From Schmidtea polychroa (Eukaryota), in assembly GCA_044892525.1 (NCBI GenBank), contig CM097885.1:34350001-34414000 (forward strand): a DNA stretch of 64,000 bases, given 5' to 3'. Positions 12,708 through 24,974 of this stretch are shown here, piece after piece; positions within the stretch are counted from its first letter, which is position 1; the number at the start of each line of letters is the position of its first letter. The notes under the pieces were generated by a model. That model saw only the letters and a program-made list of their open reading frames with translations. It did not search any database and had not been told where the DNA came from. The translations under genes were made by a program, and so were the position numbers.

Positions 12708-15700
12708 TCCCCCCTTCTTTAAAATGCTTTAACTTTTCTATATTCCTCGTTATTTTTCTTCCGTTTTCGTCTGTTAATAAATAACTTCTTTCATTATTTC
12801 GTTTTATTACTGTGTATGGCCCTTCATATCTCTCGTGATCTTTGTTTCTAATTTCTTGTTTCACCAATACTTTGTCCCCCACTTCTAAGTTCCTAGTTGT
12901 GCCAATTTCTTTCGCTTGCTGTCTTTTAGCCTCTAATTTCCGCATGATTTCATTTCTATCCACTTCATTATTACTATGCCATTGCGATCTATTAATCTTT
13001 CTTCCAAAAATAATTTCTGCTGGACTCACTCCAGTAGTTTTTTGAGCTGTCGCATTTAAAACGTATTCTATATCAGGTATTAATTCTGCCCAGCTTTTTT
13101 TAACTCCTTCTCTGAGTGACGCGTTAATATAGTCTCTTATAGTACGAAATTGTCTTTCAATTACACCATTAGTATTATGATGATACGGACTCGAAAATAT
13201 CAACTCAATTCCTGCTGCCTTTGCTAGTTCTTTAATGCTACTTGCTTCGAAATTTTTTCCACAATCAACATGTAGTTCCTTAGGGGCTCCAAATTTCAAT
13301 ATCCAATTATTTAACAAAACTGCCTTTATTGTATTTTCATCTTGCTTTTTAATAGGAGTTAGAGATATGTATTTACTGTAATGATCGATTATTGCACAAA
13401 TATATTTTTCTCCTCTGAAGGTTTCTCTTAATGGACCGCAAATATCCATGTAAATTTTCTCCATAGGTTCTGAAGCTTGAATTACTTGGGTTTTTTCTTT
13501 TGACTTTGTAGTTAAAACTTTGTTTTTCTGGCATGCTTCACATATTGAAATAGTCTCTTTTACTTCATTTAGCAAATCTTCCATATCAAAATTGTTCCTA
13601 ATATATTTCATAACTTTTTCTACTCCTGCGTGGCATAATAATAAATGTGTTTCCTTAATCATTTCTCGTCATTTTGTTTCTGGTATCCATATTTTGTTTT
13701 GATTGGTATAGATAATATTTCCTTTTAATATATATTTATTATTTTTCCTTTCATTTATTTGATCTTTTATATCTTGTATTTCTGCATTATCTCTTTGCCA
13801 TTCATTTCCATTATTTTCGGTCATCAATGTTAACAATCTAGTTTTTAATCGCCCTGATTTGGGGTTATCATGGTCCATCAAACATTGTACACATTTGCCG
13901 CTTTTATTTCTAGACAGCATATCTGCATTCGTACCTTTTCTAAACTTCATTTTTATGTCTAAACTGCTCAAGTAATTTATCCATGTTTGGAACTGTGCTG
14001 TTATAGGCTTCTTTGTCGTTAACATAAAAGTTATTGCTTTATGATCAGTGCGCAAAACAAACCGTTTACCGTATAAATAATGGTTGAAATGGCGACAGAA
14101 ATAATATATAGCCAAAAGCTCTTTTCGTGTTATACAATATCCTCTTTCATGGCTACTCATTGCATGGGATCCATATGCAATAACGTGTTCATGCCCCATT
14201 TCATCTCTTTGTATCTAATATGAATTCTTTCTTGAAATCTGGAAATACGAGAATTGGCGCTGTAGTCAACGCCATTTTCATTTCTTCGAAAGCTTTCTCA
14301 CATTCCTCAGTCCAGATTATTTTTTCACTATTGCTTCCACATATGCTTTCTAGCGCTCTTGATTTTGTTGCATATTCCTTAATAAATCTCCGATAATAGT
14401 TACATATACCTAAAAAGCTTCTCAAATTCTTTATACACTTAGGCCTCTGAAATGATTTAATAGCCTCAATTTTACTTTGATCTGTCCGAATCCCCTGACT
14501 GTTAATAATGTGCCCTAAAATCTTTACTTCGCTCTTTAATAACTGACATTTTTCTGGGTTGATTCTCAATTTAGCTTCCCTTATTTTCTCTAGAACTTTT
14601 CCAAACACATTGTAATGTTCTTCAATTGTTCTTGTAAAAATTAAAATATCGTCTAAATACACCATAACTCCTTCTTTCCATAGATCTTTCAATATTTTTG
14701 TCATTAATTCTTGGAATGTACCCGGTGCCGCCGCAATGCCAAAAGGCATTCTATTAAAACAAAATTGTCCTTCTTTAGTAGAAAATGCTGTCTTTTCTTG
14801 CGATTCTATGTCCAATTTCACCTGATAATAAGCGTTCCCAAGGTCTATAGAACTAAAGTACTTAGATCCATGTAATGTATCTAGAATTTCTTCTACATTC
14901 GGCATAGGAAAAGCTTGTCTTTCAGTAATCTTATTAAGCTGTCTAAAATCTAAACAAAGTCTGATATCTTTTTTGTCTTTTTTCCACACGCATACTAACG
15001 GCGTATTCCAAGGTGAATTACATCTTCTTATGATATCATTATTTTCTAAATTTTTTATAGCAGCATTTATTTTCTCCTCTAAATTGATGGGTTGTCTTCT
15101 GGGTTTTATCATAATTGGCCCTTCTTTTGTGATGATTTTATGTGCAATTAAATCAGTACATCCGATATCCCAGTTATTAGCCATAAAAACACTTTTATTG
15201 TTTTTAACAATCTCTAACAGTCTTTTATTTTCGTTTAATTTTAGAATTTCTATTGCTCTTTGACATCTCTCGTTATCTGTAATCTTTTCCCCAAATCTAG
15301 CTTCTATTTCACATACAAATTCATTATATCCTTCTTTATTTTGCTTGATGTAGTTTAATTCAATTCCAAACTCTTTCTGCAATTCCACTCCGCCTATTAT
15401 ATCTGGAACAATATTTTTAACTATTATAAATGTTATTTTTCTTTCCATATTACCAATTCTAACATCAATATATATTTTTCCGATTGTCTCTAATTTACTA
15501 TCATTTGCACATCTTAACATCTCATCTGTTTTTATGATTTTCACATTCACTAATTTTTCCACAACTGCTTCTGCCATTACATTTACTCTTGCTCCTGTAT
15601 CTAGTAAGCATTCCATTCTATAACCCTGAATTTCAAGAGTTGTACTCGGTCTACCTTGCATTTTGTCATAACTCAATTTCGGTCGTTTCCATTCATCTTT

Positions 15701-16102
15701 AGTGAAAATATTTTGCTCCTCTGATATTTCATTAATCCACCCAATTTCATTTCTCTCTAATTTATCTTCTGCCTTCTTAATAAATTTATAAACTTTTTCA
15801 TTTACTATTTTATTATTATATTCTGCTTCTTTAATTTCACTATACTCTTCTTGATTCTTAGGATTATTATTATTATTATTTATTAAAGATCGATCAGCAT
15901 TAAAATAACTATAACATTTAAAATTATTTAAAGGAAACTTTTTAAAATTACAAATATTATTACATAAAGGTTCTACATTATTGTAAAAATAAGGATTATT
16001 TACATTATTAAAATTATTATGACCAATATTTACATCAATATCAAAATTACCTAGTATATTGCTCCGATCATTGCCTCCCGTGTCGAGGCATGTACTTTTG
16101 GG
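12703..16102 (-). pseudogene. pol: Gypsy pol (aspartic protease, reverse transcriptase, RNase H, integrase), disrupted
   Basis: LLDTGA (PR); RLCLDFRQLN, MPFGI and YLDD (RT); RTDHKAI (RH); H-H-C-C and D,D,E motifs plus GPY (IN). The frame is open from the slippery site at ~16100 to 14201; frameshifting deletion at ~14200; in-frame TGA at 13669-13671. Confidence 0.95.
12708..12720 (-). other. Polypurine tract
   Basis: Minus strand AAAGAAGGGGGGA directly before the 3' LTR. Confidence 0.9.
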
Positions 16103-17127
16103 TGCTGAATCTCCTCATATTTGTCTTCTGCATCGTCTGAATACTCCAATGGCATCGTCTCATCATTAGGTTCAATTGCTGCAATTGTTCTTCTTGGATT
16201 GTTGATCTTTTGTTGATAGCTTGTGGTTCGATGGGCATAATAATTATTGTTTCTCATGTTTGAATTAGTTTGAAACTTCCTTCTTTCTAAATTTGTATAG
16301 CAGTCAATCTCCTTATGTCCACGTAAGTGACATCTCTGGCATTGAATCGTTGAACATTCTCGCCGTACGTGGCCTTCAACTCCGCATGCAAAACACGTAA
16401 TTTTCTTTTTCATTTGTCATTCTCGACTCACATGACCAATTTTCTTGCATGTCCAGCATTCCAATTGTCGGTTACTGACGTTTCGCTGCTTGAAATTATT
16501 ATTTCCGTTTACCATTCCTCTTTGAGCAACATCTCTGTAGCTTCTGTAGTTTTGAACAACCGGTGAAGTCTTCACAACATTAACATGGCCCATAATTTTG
16601 TTTACCTTTTCTAATTTCTTTATTGTCGCTTTTATTTCTTCTGATGTTTTCAAATCTTTCATCTCGATCTCTTTTTTAACTTCTCGATCTCTTACACAGT
16701 TTGTAAGCAGGCATTTTTCTATTTCTTCTTCATCCCATTTGTGCGCTATTAATTTCTTTGTCATATTTTTAATTTTCTCTATAAAAGTTTCGGCTGAATC
16801 TGATCCTTGTTCATAACTCAAAGCTTCTTTTAGATCATCCATTAATGATGTCGGTTTTGAAAATGCATATCGAAGTTTCTCTTCCATAGTTTTTCCTTCG
16901 GCTGCTTCATAATCTTCCATTAGCGATCTGTCAAGTAATGTTGTAGTTAATATTACTTGCATCCTAATTGTTGTTTTTGTCGCGCCAAAAAACCTTTGAC
17001 AATCCTTGATAAAATTTTCTAAATCATCGCCTTTGTGAAATTTCTCAGGTAATAGTCTGCTTGTCAATAAATCCGTGGTCGTGGTCGCCATGTTAGACGC
17101 AATTAAATTCAAGTCTTCTTCAAGCAT
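16051..17127 (-). pseudogene. gag: Gypsy gag with three CCHC zinc knuckles; in-frame TGA at 16417-16419
   Basis: ORFs 16417-17127 and 16051-16413 share a frame. CWTCKKIGHVSRE* has its stop where the last Cys should be, followed by CFACGVEGHVRREC and CQRCHLRGHKEIDC. Confidence 0.9.
17079..17090 (-). other. Primer binding site, probably tRNA-Arg
   Basis: Minus strand TGGCGACCACGA abuts the 5' LTR; complementary to the ...UCGUGGUCGCCA 3' end I recall for metazoan tRNA-Arg(UCG). Confidence 0.75.
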
Positions 17128-17384
17128 TTATTTTTATAACAACTTCAAAAATTGAGCCGTTTACTAGAATATTTAAACACCGAGGCGTGATAATTATTAA
17201 TATTAATGTAATTACTGGTCATACATTTAATTGATTTAATTTAATATAATTTAATATAATATGATATAATTTATTATAGAATTTAAATATACAAATTTAA
17301 CAGAAATAATTATTTCTACTAACTGATCTCACTTCTACCATTTAACCATAATAATTTTATATAGAGGTTTACTAACTCCTTACA
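17091..17384 (-). repeat. 5' LTR
   Basis: 294-bp direct repeat of 12414-12707. Confidence 0.97.
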
Positions 17385-17399
17385 ATTTTAATAATATAA

Positions 17400-17610
<211 letters not shown>

Positions 17611-17639
17611 TGTAAATTTATATTTTTATAAGATTACCA

Positions 17640-18068
17640 CATATGGGGGGAAGGGTCATTTACGAAAAATTATGAATTTATAATTTTAAATGGAATATAA
17701 TTTAACTGTCTATGAATATGATATAATTCAGTATACCTACGTAATAGTTAATGGCTACATGATTTGAAGGGGGTCGGTTAAATAAAAATTACAAGTTATA
17801 TTTTTAAAGGTAATATAAGTTGAATATATCTGAAAACAAATTAAATTAGTACTTTTGGGTAATCATTAATGACTATATGATCTGAGGGGGGGGGGTCATT
17901 TATGAAAATGTACAATTTATAGTTTTAAATATAATATAAGTTAAATATATATTAAGATAAGCTAATTTTGTATATTTAGGTGGTAGTTGATGACGATATG
18001 GTTTATTGGGGGGTCTTTGATGAAAGATTTTCAACTATGATTTTAAAGGTAATCTAAGTTAAGTATAT
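17640..18068. repeat. Diverged ~119-bp tandem repeat with G-tracts; continues at 22252-22620 beyond the transposon insertion
   Basis: GGGG-GTCATTTA(T/C)GAAAA-like anchors at ~17645, 17769, 17886 and 18008, then ~22305, 22481 and 22585. Confidence 0.7.
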
Positions 18069-18912
18069 ATATGGTCAATTCCATGCAAACAGGACAGCCT
18101 GACTGAAAAAATTTCTATTAATTTTACAATATGTTTTGACTGTTTCTATTAAGTAATATATCATACAATATGAATATGAAATTTTGTGACAAACGTTCAA
18201 GGCATTAATGATAAAGTGTAATTTAATTTGTTGCAATAATTGTTTATATTTTTATGATCATTACTGCGTTTTATTTCCGTAAGTTTGAATATACTTTATC
18301 GTGCATTTTTGATACTGTAATTAATATTTTTAATAAATATATACATTGTTAATGATTTATTTTATCAGTTTATATGTTTTATTTGCACGCAATGAAAGTA
18401 ATTTGCTTTTAAAATGTGTGTAAATATTTTGTAACGCGCTTAACAAAAACACTATATAATTTCCATATAATTGTATGTGTAACCCCCATTCATCCCTAAC
18501 TTTTACAAAATAGAAACGGTTTATTTATAAACGGTTTTATACTGTTCTTGAATGTAAAATCTTTATATTTTACCTGTCATGAACAAAAAACATTCAGTAA
18601 CGCCCGTTACTTTCATTGTTACGCGCGTTACCTCTTTCGTTATGCGCGTTACTGTCGTATTTTCTCTCTATATCAGATGAAACAGTTAAAGTGAATAATT
18701 TCCTAAAGTGGCACACCCTAATAGCTTTATAGAAGCGATAGACCTAGGATGAAGAATAGGAATCAGTTATCAGTTATACACTATGTATTAATCTTATAAA
18801 ACTTACACATCATAATTTTAAACTTAGGCCTGATATAGTTTATAGTTTCATCAAAGATGTTTTTTTAACTCAATGATTATGAATGAACCTTTATGGAATT
18901 TAATTTCAGATC

Positions 18913-19791
18913 ATGGCGAAAACCAATGCACAACGGCAAAAGGAGTTCCGGGAACGACACCCAGAATATAAAGAAAAGGAGAATGCTCGCAAGAAAGAAT
19001 ACCATTCTCGACGAAAACCGAAAGCTAAAAGGGATAAAATAAAGCTTCAAACACGGTTAAGAGTAGCGGCATACCGTCAAAGAAAAAAGAATATTGCTCA
19101 CGATGAGCCATCATGCACAAACATGTCTTCTCCATATGGCTCACAAAGTTCCGAAACTAGGGCGTTTAACAGGTATTATGCGATATTAATTTATTTGCAG
19201 AATATCGGAACTTTATTAAACGTTATTTGATTATTTTACATATGGTCATGGATTCAGGGTTCTACATTCAATGAAGACAGCTCTTCCTGGTTCACCCAGG
19301 AAATGTGCGCACATCTTCCACCGAATCCAAACAGAATATGGGATGAAACCTAAGAAGCATCCCCGTGGTTCCTATGTAATAAGCCAAACTGTTGTGGAAT
19401 GTGTTCAGTCATTCTATATAAAGCATGATGTATCATACCAAGCCCCAGGGAAGCGTGATTATGTGTCTGTAAGAAATCCTGATGGAACCAAGGTGGAGAA
19501 ACCAAAGGTAGATTTATTTTAATTGCAATGTTATATATTGACCAAAAACGAAACATACGATAACGTGTGCTTATAACACAAACATTTCAGAGGTATCTGA
19601 CAATGACACTGACAGAAGCATACTAGCAGTTTCTGACAGAGTATCCTGCAATGAAGATAGGAAAATCAAAGTTTTCAAAATTGCGCCCATCACATGTGCT
19701 AGTGGTAGGGGATACTCCACAGAATGTGTGCGTCTGTCAAATGCATTACAACTTTATCAGGTAATGTGTAAAGTGAACATTGCACAATGCA

Positions 19792-19866
<75 letters not shown>

Positions 19867-21741
19867 AAGCTTGGGTATAAATTAACCTTTCAGTACCGTC
19901 AACTCGATATCCTGCATGATTCCTGAGATCATACCACCATATCCAGAAAAAATTGACCGATTTGGTAGTGTGCGCGGATTCACGTGAGGAGTGTTTCTTT
20001 GGTGAATGCGAAAAATGTTGCTTGAGAAACGGTCGCAGAGAAATCGCACTGTCTGAACATGAAAGTTTGATGGAAGTGGAAATATGTCGTTGGGAAAAAA
20101 GAGAAAATGAGATTTTGCACCACAGCCAGTTGGTGAAGAGGAAAGTTACACAGTCTCTGGGGTCTGTCTTAGAAGTAAGAATGAATGCGTTGGTATCATC
20201 AACTGAACTTGCTTTTATTCGAATACAATATTTTCAAGGACCTTCTTCTGAATTTGCCGCAATTTCTAAAACACCATTACACAAAACGGTGGCAGAACAA
20301 GCACGCCAATGATTTAAAGTCAACTGCGACTCCTCAACGTGTCATTTGTCAATTTGATTTTGCCGAAAATTATGGTTGTGCGTTCCAAGACGAAACACAA
20401 GGAGCGCATTGGCTTCAGAGCCACGTTTCTGTGTTCACAGCGTGTTTGTGGAGTGGAGAGTCGACGCCGTGCTCATATGTGGTTGTGTCTGACAGTCTTG
20501 TTCACGACAAGACAACTGTTGCATCAAATTTTGTTCAAGTTATGCGAGAGTTTTTGTCTGAACACAGCCAGTGTGTTGAAATCCACATTCTAAGTGATGG
20601 CCCATCATCACAAATGAAAAACAAATTTACATTTGCATTGCTTGAGAATTTCCGTAATCAATTTCACCTAGACAGATTGACGTGGTCGTTTTTTGCCACT
20701 TCTCACGGTAAAGGACCCGTGGATGCCGTAGGTTAGTTGTTTGTTAATGTTAAGACTATATAGTATATATATGTCAACTAGCAAATTTATGGATCAGACT
20801 TGTAATTTTTCAGGGGGAATGGCGAAACGTATTGTTTGGAGATCTGTGTTGAGTCGACGTGTACATGCGGTGACAAATGCAGCAGAGTTTTCTGGGGCAT
20901 TGGCTCAGTCACGTTCTAGTATGAAAGTGCTACTATCCACTGCTAAGACCATGCAAGATGCACTAGCGTTTGTGGATGCAGTCACCGTGTTTGGAAATGC
21001 GAAAAAAGTACCACAAATAATTCTGGATCATTTCTGGAACTGTGATAATGGGGGTGTAACTCGAGATAGACTCAGTAGGAAGCCACCTGTTGACTCAACT
21101 TTGTTTGAATTATTTGACCTGGACATTGATATTATAAGTCATTTACTTAGTTCAAAATAATATACTGTAATAATCTTTAAGGATGTTTCATTTTTCATAC
21201 CTTACAGACGGCTGCATCCTTGTTCACTAGTCTTATTCAGCCAACATTGTCACCTATCGCGGAGGCTCAACCAGCCGAATTATCAGCCATCATGGAGCCA
21301 CAGTCTTCATCATCACCGATCGGGGCGATGCCTGCAGTACCAATGTCCTCAGCAACCTTGGAGTCACCTATCGTAGAGGTGCAATTAGTATTATCACCTA
21401 TCAAGGAGTCACAGCCTTCATCATCACCAATCGTGGCGATGCCTCCAGTACCAATGTCCTCAACGTTGCCACCAAGCACATCCATGATTGGTACGGTGGT
21501 AAAATGTCTTGTTTTGGGAGACAAAGGAAAATCGAAAGTGTACTTGGGTGTTGCGCTTGGAGAAGATGACCGCTTATTGCAGATTCGATTCCTCAGGCGT
21601 GGGCGACATCACGGGATGTACGTACATCCATATGTGGATGATTGTTCATGGGAACCTAAAGAAAACTGCACAATTTTGTCTCCACAACCAACTTTAAACC
21701 ATCGTGGAGGTTATGTGTTTAACATTGATCCACTTATTTGA
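18913..21741 (+). pseudogene. Multi-exon transposase gene with one premature TAG
   Basis: GT-AG exons join in frame: 18913-19172, 19258-19507, 19591-19760, 19894-20174, 20239-20731, 20814-~21087 (donor unclear), ~21208-21741. Motifs SKFSKLRP, CVCQMH, DFAENY, SDGPSSQMKN, HGKGPVDAVGG. TAG at 19624-19626. Confidence 0.8.
19795..19862. repeat. (TA)n microsatellite in a transposase intron
   Basis: Pure TA run. Confidence 0.95.
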
Positions 21742-22375
21742 CTTTTGTGAATGTTGTGAAACTTAGTAACTTCCCATTATTATTGTACTACAACTTGAAT
21801 ATGGAATGAATTAGAGGACTATATGTGTACACAAACCTTAAGTAACGCGCGTAACAAAAAATCTGTGTAACGCCCGTAACACAAAAAATCGTCATTTTCT
21901 TCTAAGATGATGATACTGTGAAAATATCATGGTGTTTTTCAGATGATCTAAACATCCTTTAAGCATAAAAATCCAGTTCATGATGTAAGTCCATAAGGTA
22001 CTTTTAATACCACACCTTAAAACTCACAAGAAAATCCTATGTCCAAATGATGTAACGCGCGTAACAGCATGTTATTACGTAATACTTCGAAATCGATTAT
22101 CTTAATTGCATATTTTGCAATTTAATTTTAAAACACATAGAATTTTTGAGAACTTAAGGTATTTTAAGTCCTAAAATCTTTAAAATTTTCAAAACTATAT
22201 CACTTTTTTTGTATATATTGTAACGCGCATAACGCGTGGAAATGACCATATAAGATAGTCTAAATTAATGCATTTAAATAATAATTAATGGTTATTTGCT
22301 CTGAGGGGTTATTTATGACAATCTATGAATTATATTTTTAAAATTTGATGTCTGTACATATATAAGTTAATTTAT

Positions 22376-22378
<3 letters not shown>

Positions 22379-22455
<77 letters not shown>
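22379..22455. repeat. (TA)n microsatellite
   Basis: Pure TA run. Confidence 0.95.
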
Positions 22456-22459
<4 letters not shown>

Positions 22460-22679
22460 CTCGACAAATGTACAGTTTGAGGGGGTACTTATGAAAAAAT
22501 GTAAATTATACTTTATAAGTTTCAAATATACGTATATAAGTTAGATTATGAATCTGGACATTTGTTTCGACGATTACGTAACTTGGGGGGGGGGGATATT
22601 TATAAAATATTTACAACTTATTATAGATTATATTTTTATCGCTAACGTAGTTTATATTTTATACTTTTATGACCAAATT

Positions 22680-23430
22680 CAGATTATAATTTATAGTCTT
22701 TCAGCTAATATAAGTTTATAATTTATATTTTTATGAAATTAAATTTATAGTTTATGTTTTTAAAGCTATTATAATTTTATAATTTATACTTTTGAGGTTA
22801 TAATTTATATTTTATGAAGTTAAGTTAAATTTATAGTTTATATTTTAAAGCTAATATAATTTTATAATTTATATTTTTTATGAAGTTAAATTTATAGTTT
22901 ATATTTTAGAGCTAATATAATTTTATAATTTATACTTTTAAGTTTATAATTTATATTTGGTGAAGTTCAATTTATAGTTTGTATTTCTAAAGCTAATATA
23001 ATTTTATAATTTATACTTTCAAGTTTATGATTTATATTTTTATGAAGTTAAGTTAAATTTATAGTTTATATTTTGTAGCTAATATAATTTTATAATTTAT
23101 ACTTTTAAGTTTATAATTTATATTTTGTGAAGTTAAATTTATAGTTTATGTTTCTAAAGCTAAAATAATTTTATAATTTATATTTTTATGAAGTTAAGAT
23201 TATAATTTGTACTTTTATAATTAACTTAGAGTTATAATTTATAATTTTTATCGTCAATATAAATTTGTAATTTATAATTTTAAGAAGTTAAATTTATAAT
23301 TTATACCTTTATAACTAATCATAATTTATATTTTGAAGAAATTAAATCTATAAGTATAATTCATATTTTTATGAAATTGAGAGGATAATTTATACTTTTA
23401 TGGGTTTACGATTTGTATTTTTATAGTTAG
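22680..23430. repeat. AT-rich minisatellite (~60-85-bp composite units)
   Basis: Recurring GAAGTTAAATTTATAGTTTATATTTT...GCTAATATAATTTTATAATTTATA. Confidence 0.85.
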
Positions 23431-24974
23431 TTTAGAGTCTATTCAATTTAAAATCCAAGTCTTGCTGATACGCATGTTGAACACCTTTATGAATACTATC
23501 ACTACTAAATCAATCATTTTTAAAAAATCTTTAACTTACACTATTGCTAGAAAATTTATTTAAGACATTCATAAATCTAGATTCGACAAACGTATAGGTA
23601 GAGTTGGTTCTTGATGATATTTAACCGTCTACATTAATTGTGAATTGTAGATTTGTGATTAATTTAGGTCTGAGATCTACTCTGTTTATTAACCTTAGTG
23701 TATTGTATTGTGATGATTTTGGATGTAGATTTTAACTATGTAAGTTATTCGTGTATTGAAAGTCGGGAAGAGTGTTTGCTTTCGCGGCCCCACTGTGACC
23801 ACTACGACAAACCTTACTGTTGTGTGGTAAGTCAACCCTTTACGGATGACCTATAATAAATAGGTAGAGTCAGACGGAGGATTTCACCGACTTAACTCCG
23901 TGGCAGGACCATGAAGTTGTGCGACCTCCGAATGACCCGAACAAAAGAAAAACCAATAATATTAATAATTGCGTGCCAGGCAGTGGCCTGCAATCATTGT
24001 GGGCTGTGTACCCATCAATGATAAAGTGTATAGGTGCAGGGTTGGCTGGGATCTCGCTTCAAAATCAATGATAACCGACGATCTCACTCAAACCTACATT
24101 TCTATAGTTAAAAAGAAATAATGAAAACAAGGTTTCAATAATAATAATTTATAATCCACAATGAAATCGTCCTTACCTACAATCTCAAAAAAATCAAAAC
24201 CAAAAATTTGACATAAGAGTAAAAATATTCATTTGCATTTTTTTCCTTGAAAAGTAACGAAATGTATTAGTTTATATAGCCTCTGTTTGACGTGTAAGTA
24301 TACATGCGTGCATTGATGCAGTAAAACAAATTCGGATTATTTTAATTCTCGAACATTCGATTTTTAATTTTTATTGATTTTGATGGCGATTTTTCAGTAA
24401 GAATTTTTGTTTTTATTTTTGGAATTTTGTTTTTAAATTATTTTTTATTAAATTTGCCTCCATGATGGATTTCAGCATTTCCAGAACATTCCATGCTAAA
24501 TTTAATCTATTTCTTATTTTTAAATTGTTTTTTATGATTTCTTTTCTAAAATTTTATTTTTTAAACTTAAATATTTATTTTTTATAAATTTTATTGGGTC
24601 GTTTGGCGGTCATGATGGATTTCGCCATTTTTATGAATTGTTCTGGATTTTTATTCAAAATATCGATATAATTTTCTTTACGTAAGATTTTATGAAGATT
24701 TTCTTTAATTTTCTTTTTTAATTTTTACTAATCGCCTTTATTCGAATTTGTTTTTTGTTGTTTTATGTCTTTCGGTTATATTTGAGTAAGTTTTCGTGTA
24801 ATACTTCTTGCTCGTGTTTTATTTTATTTTTAATTCAGATGTTTTATTTTTGTGTATATTATCTCTCTATTATCATTGTTTACTTGGTGTTTTATATATT
24901 TTTATTTAAGTAAAATTAATGCTGGGTATGCGTGTTGTGTACTGACACATTTCGTCCCATTCCTAACTTTGGGT

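Larger units (their letters stand above)
12414..17384 (-). mobile_element. Ty3/Gypsy LTR retrotransposon, full length (4971 bp), inactivated
   Basis: Two 294-bp TG...CA LTRs, 5-bp TSD ATTTT (12409-12413 and 17385-17389), PBS, PPT, and domain order gag-PR-RT-RH-IN. Confidence 0.97.
18073..22247 (+). mobile_element. Sola2-like DNA transposon, 4175 bp (superfamily tentative)
   Basis: TIRs GGTCAATTCCATGC (18073) and GCGTGGAAATGACC (ends 22247); ATAT on both flanks; GC-richer interior encoding a spliced DDD-type transposase. Confidence 0.8.

Noticed and set aside
12842..16816. Plus-strand ORFs overlapping gag/pol (and similar antisense ORFs over the P450, transposase and host exons)
   Set aside because: Antisense shadows of real coding frames.
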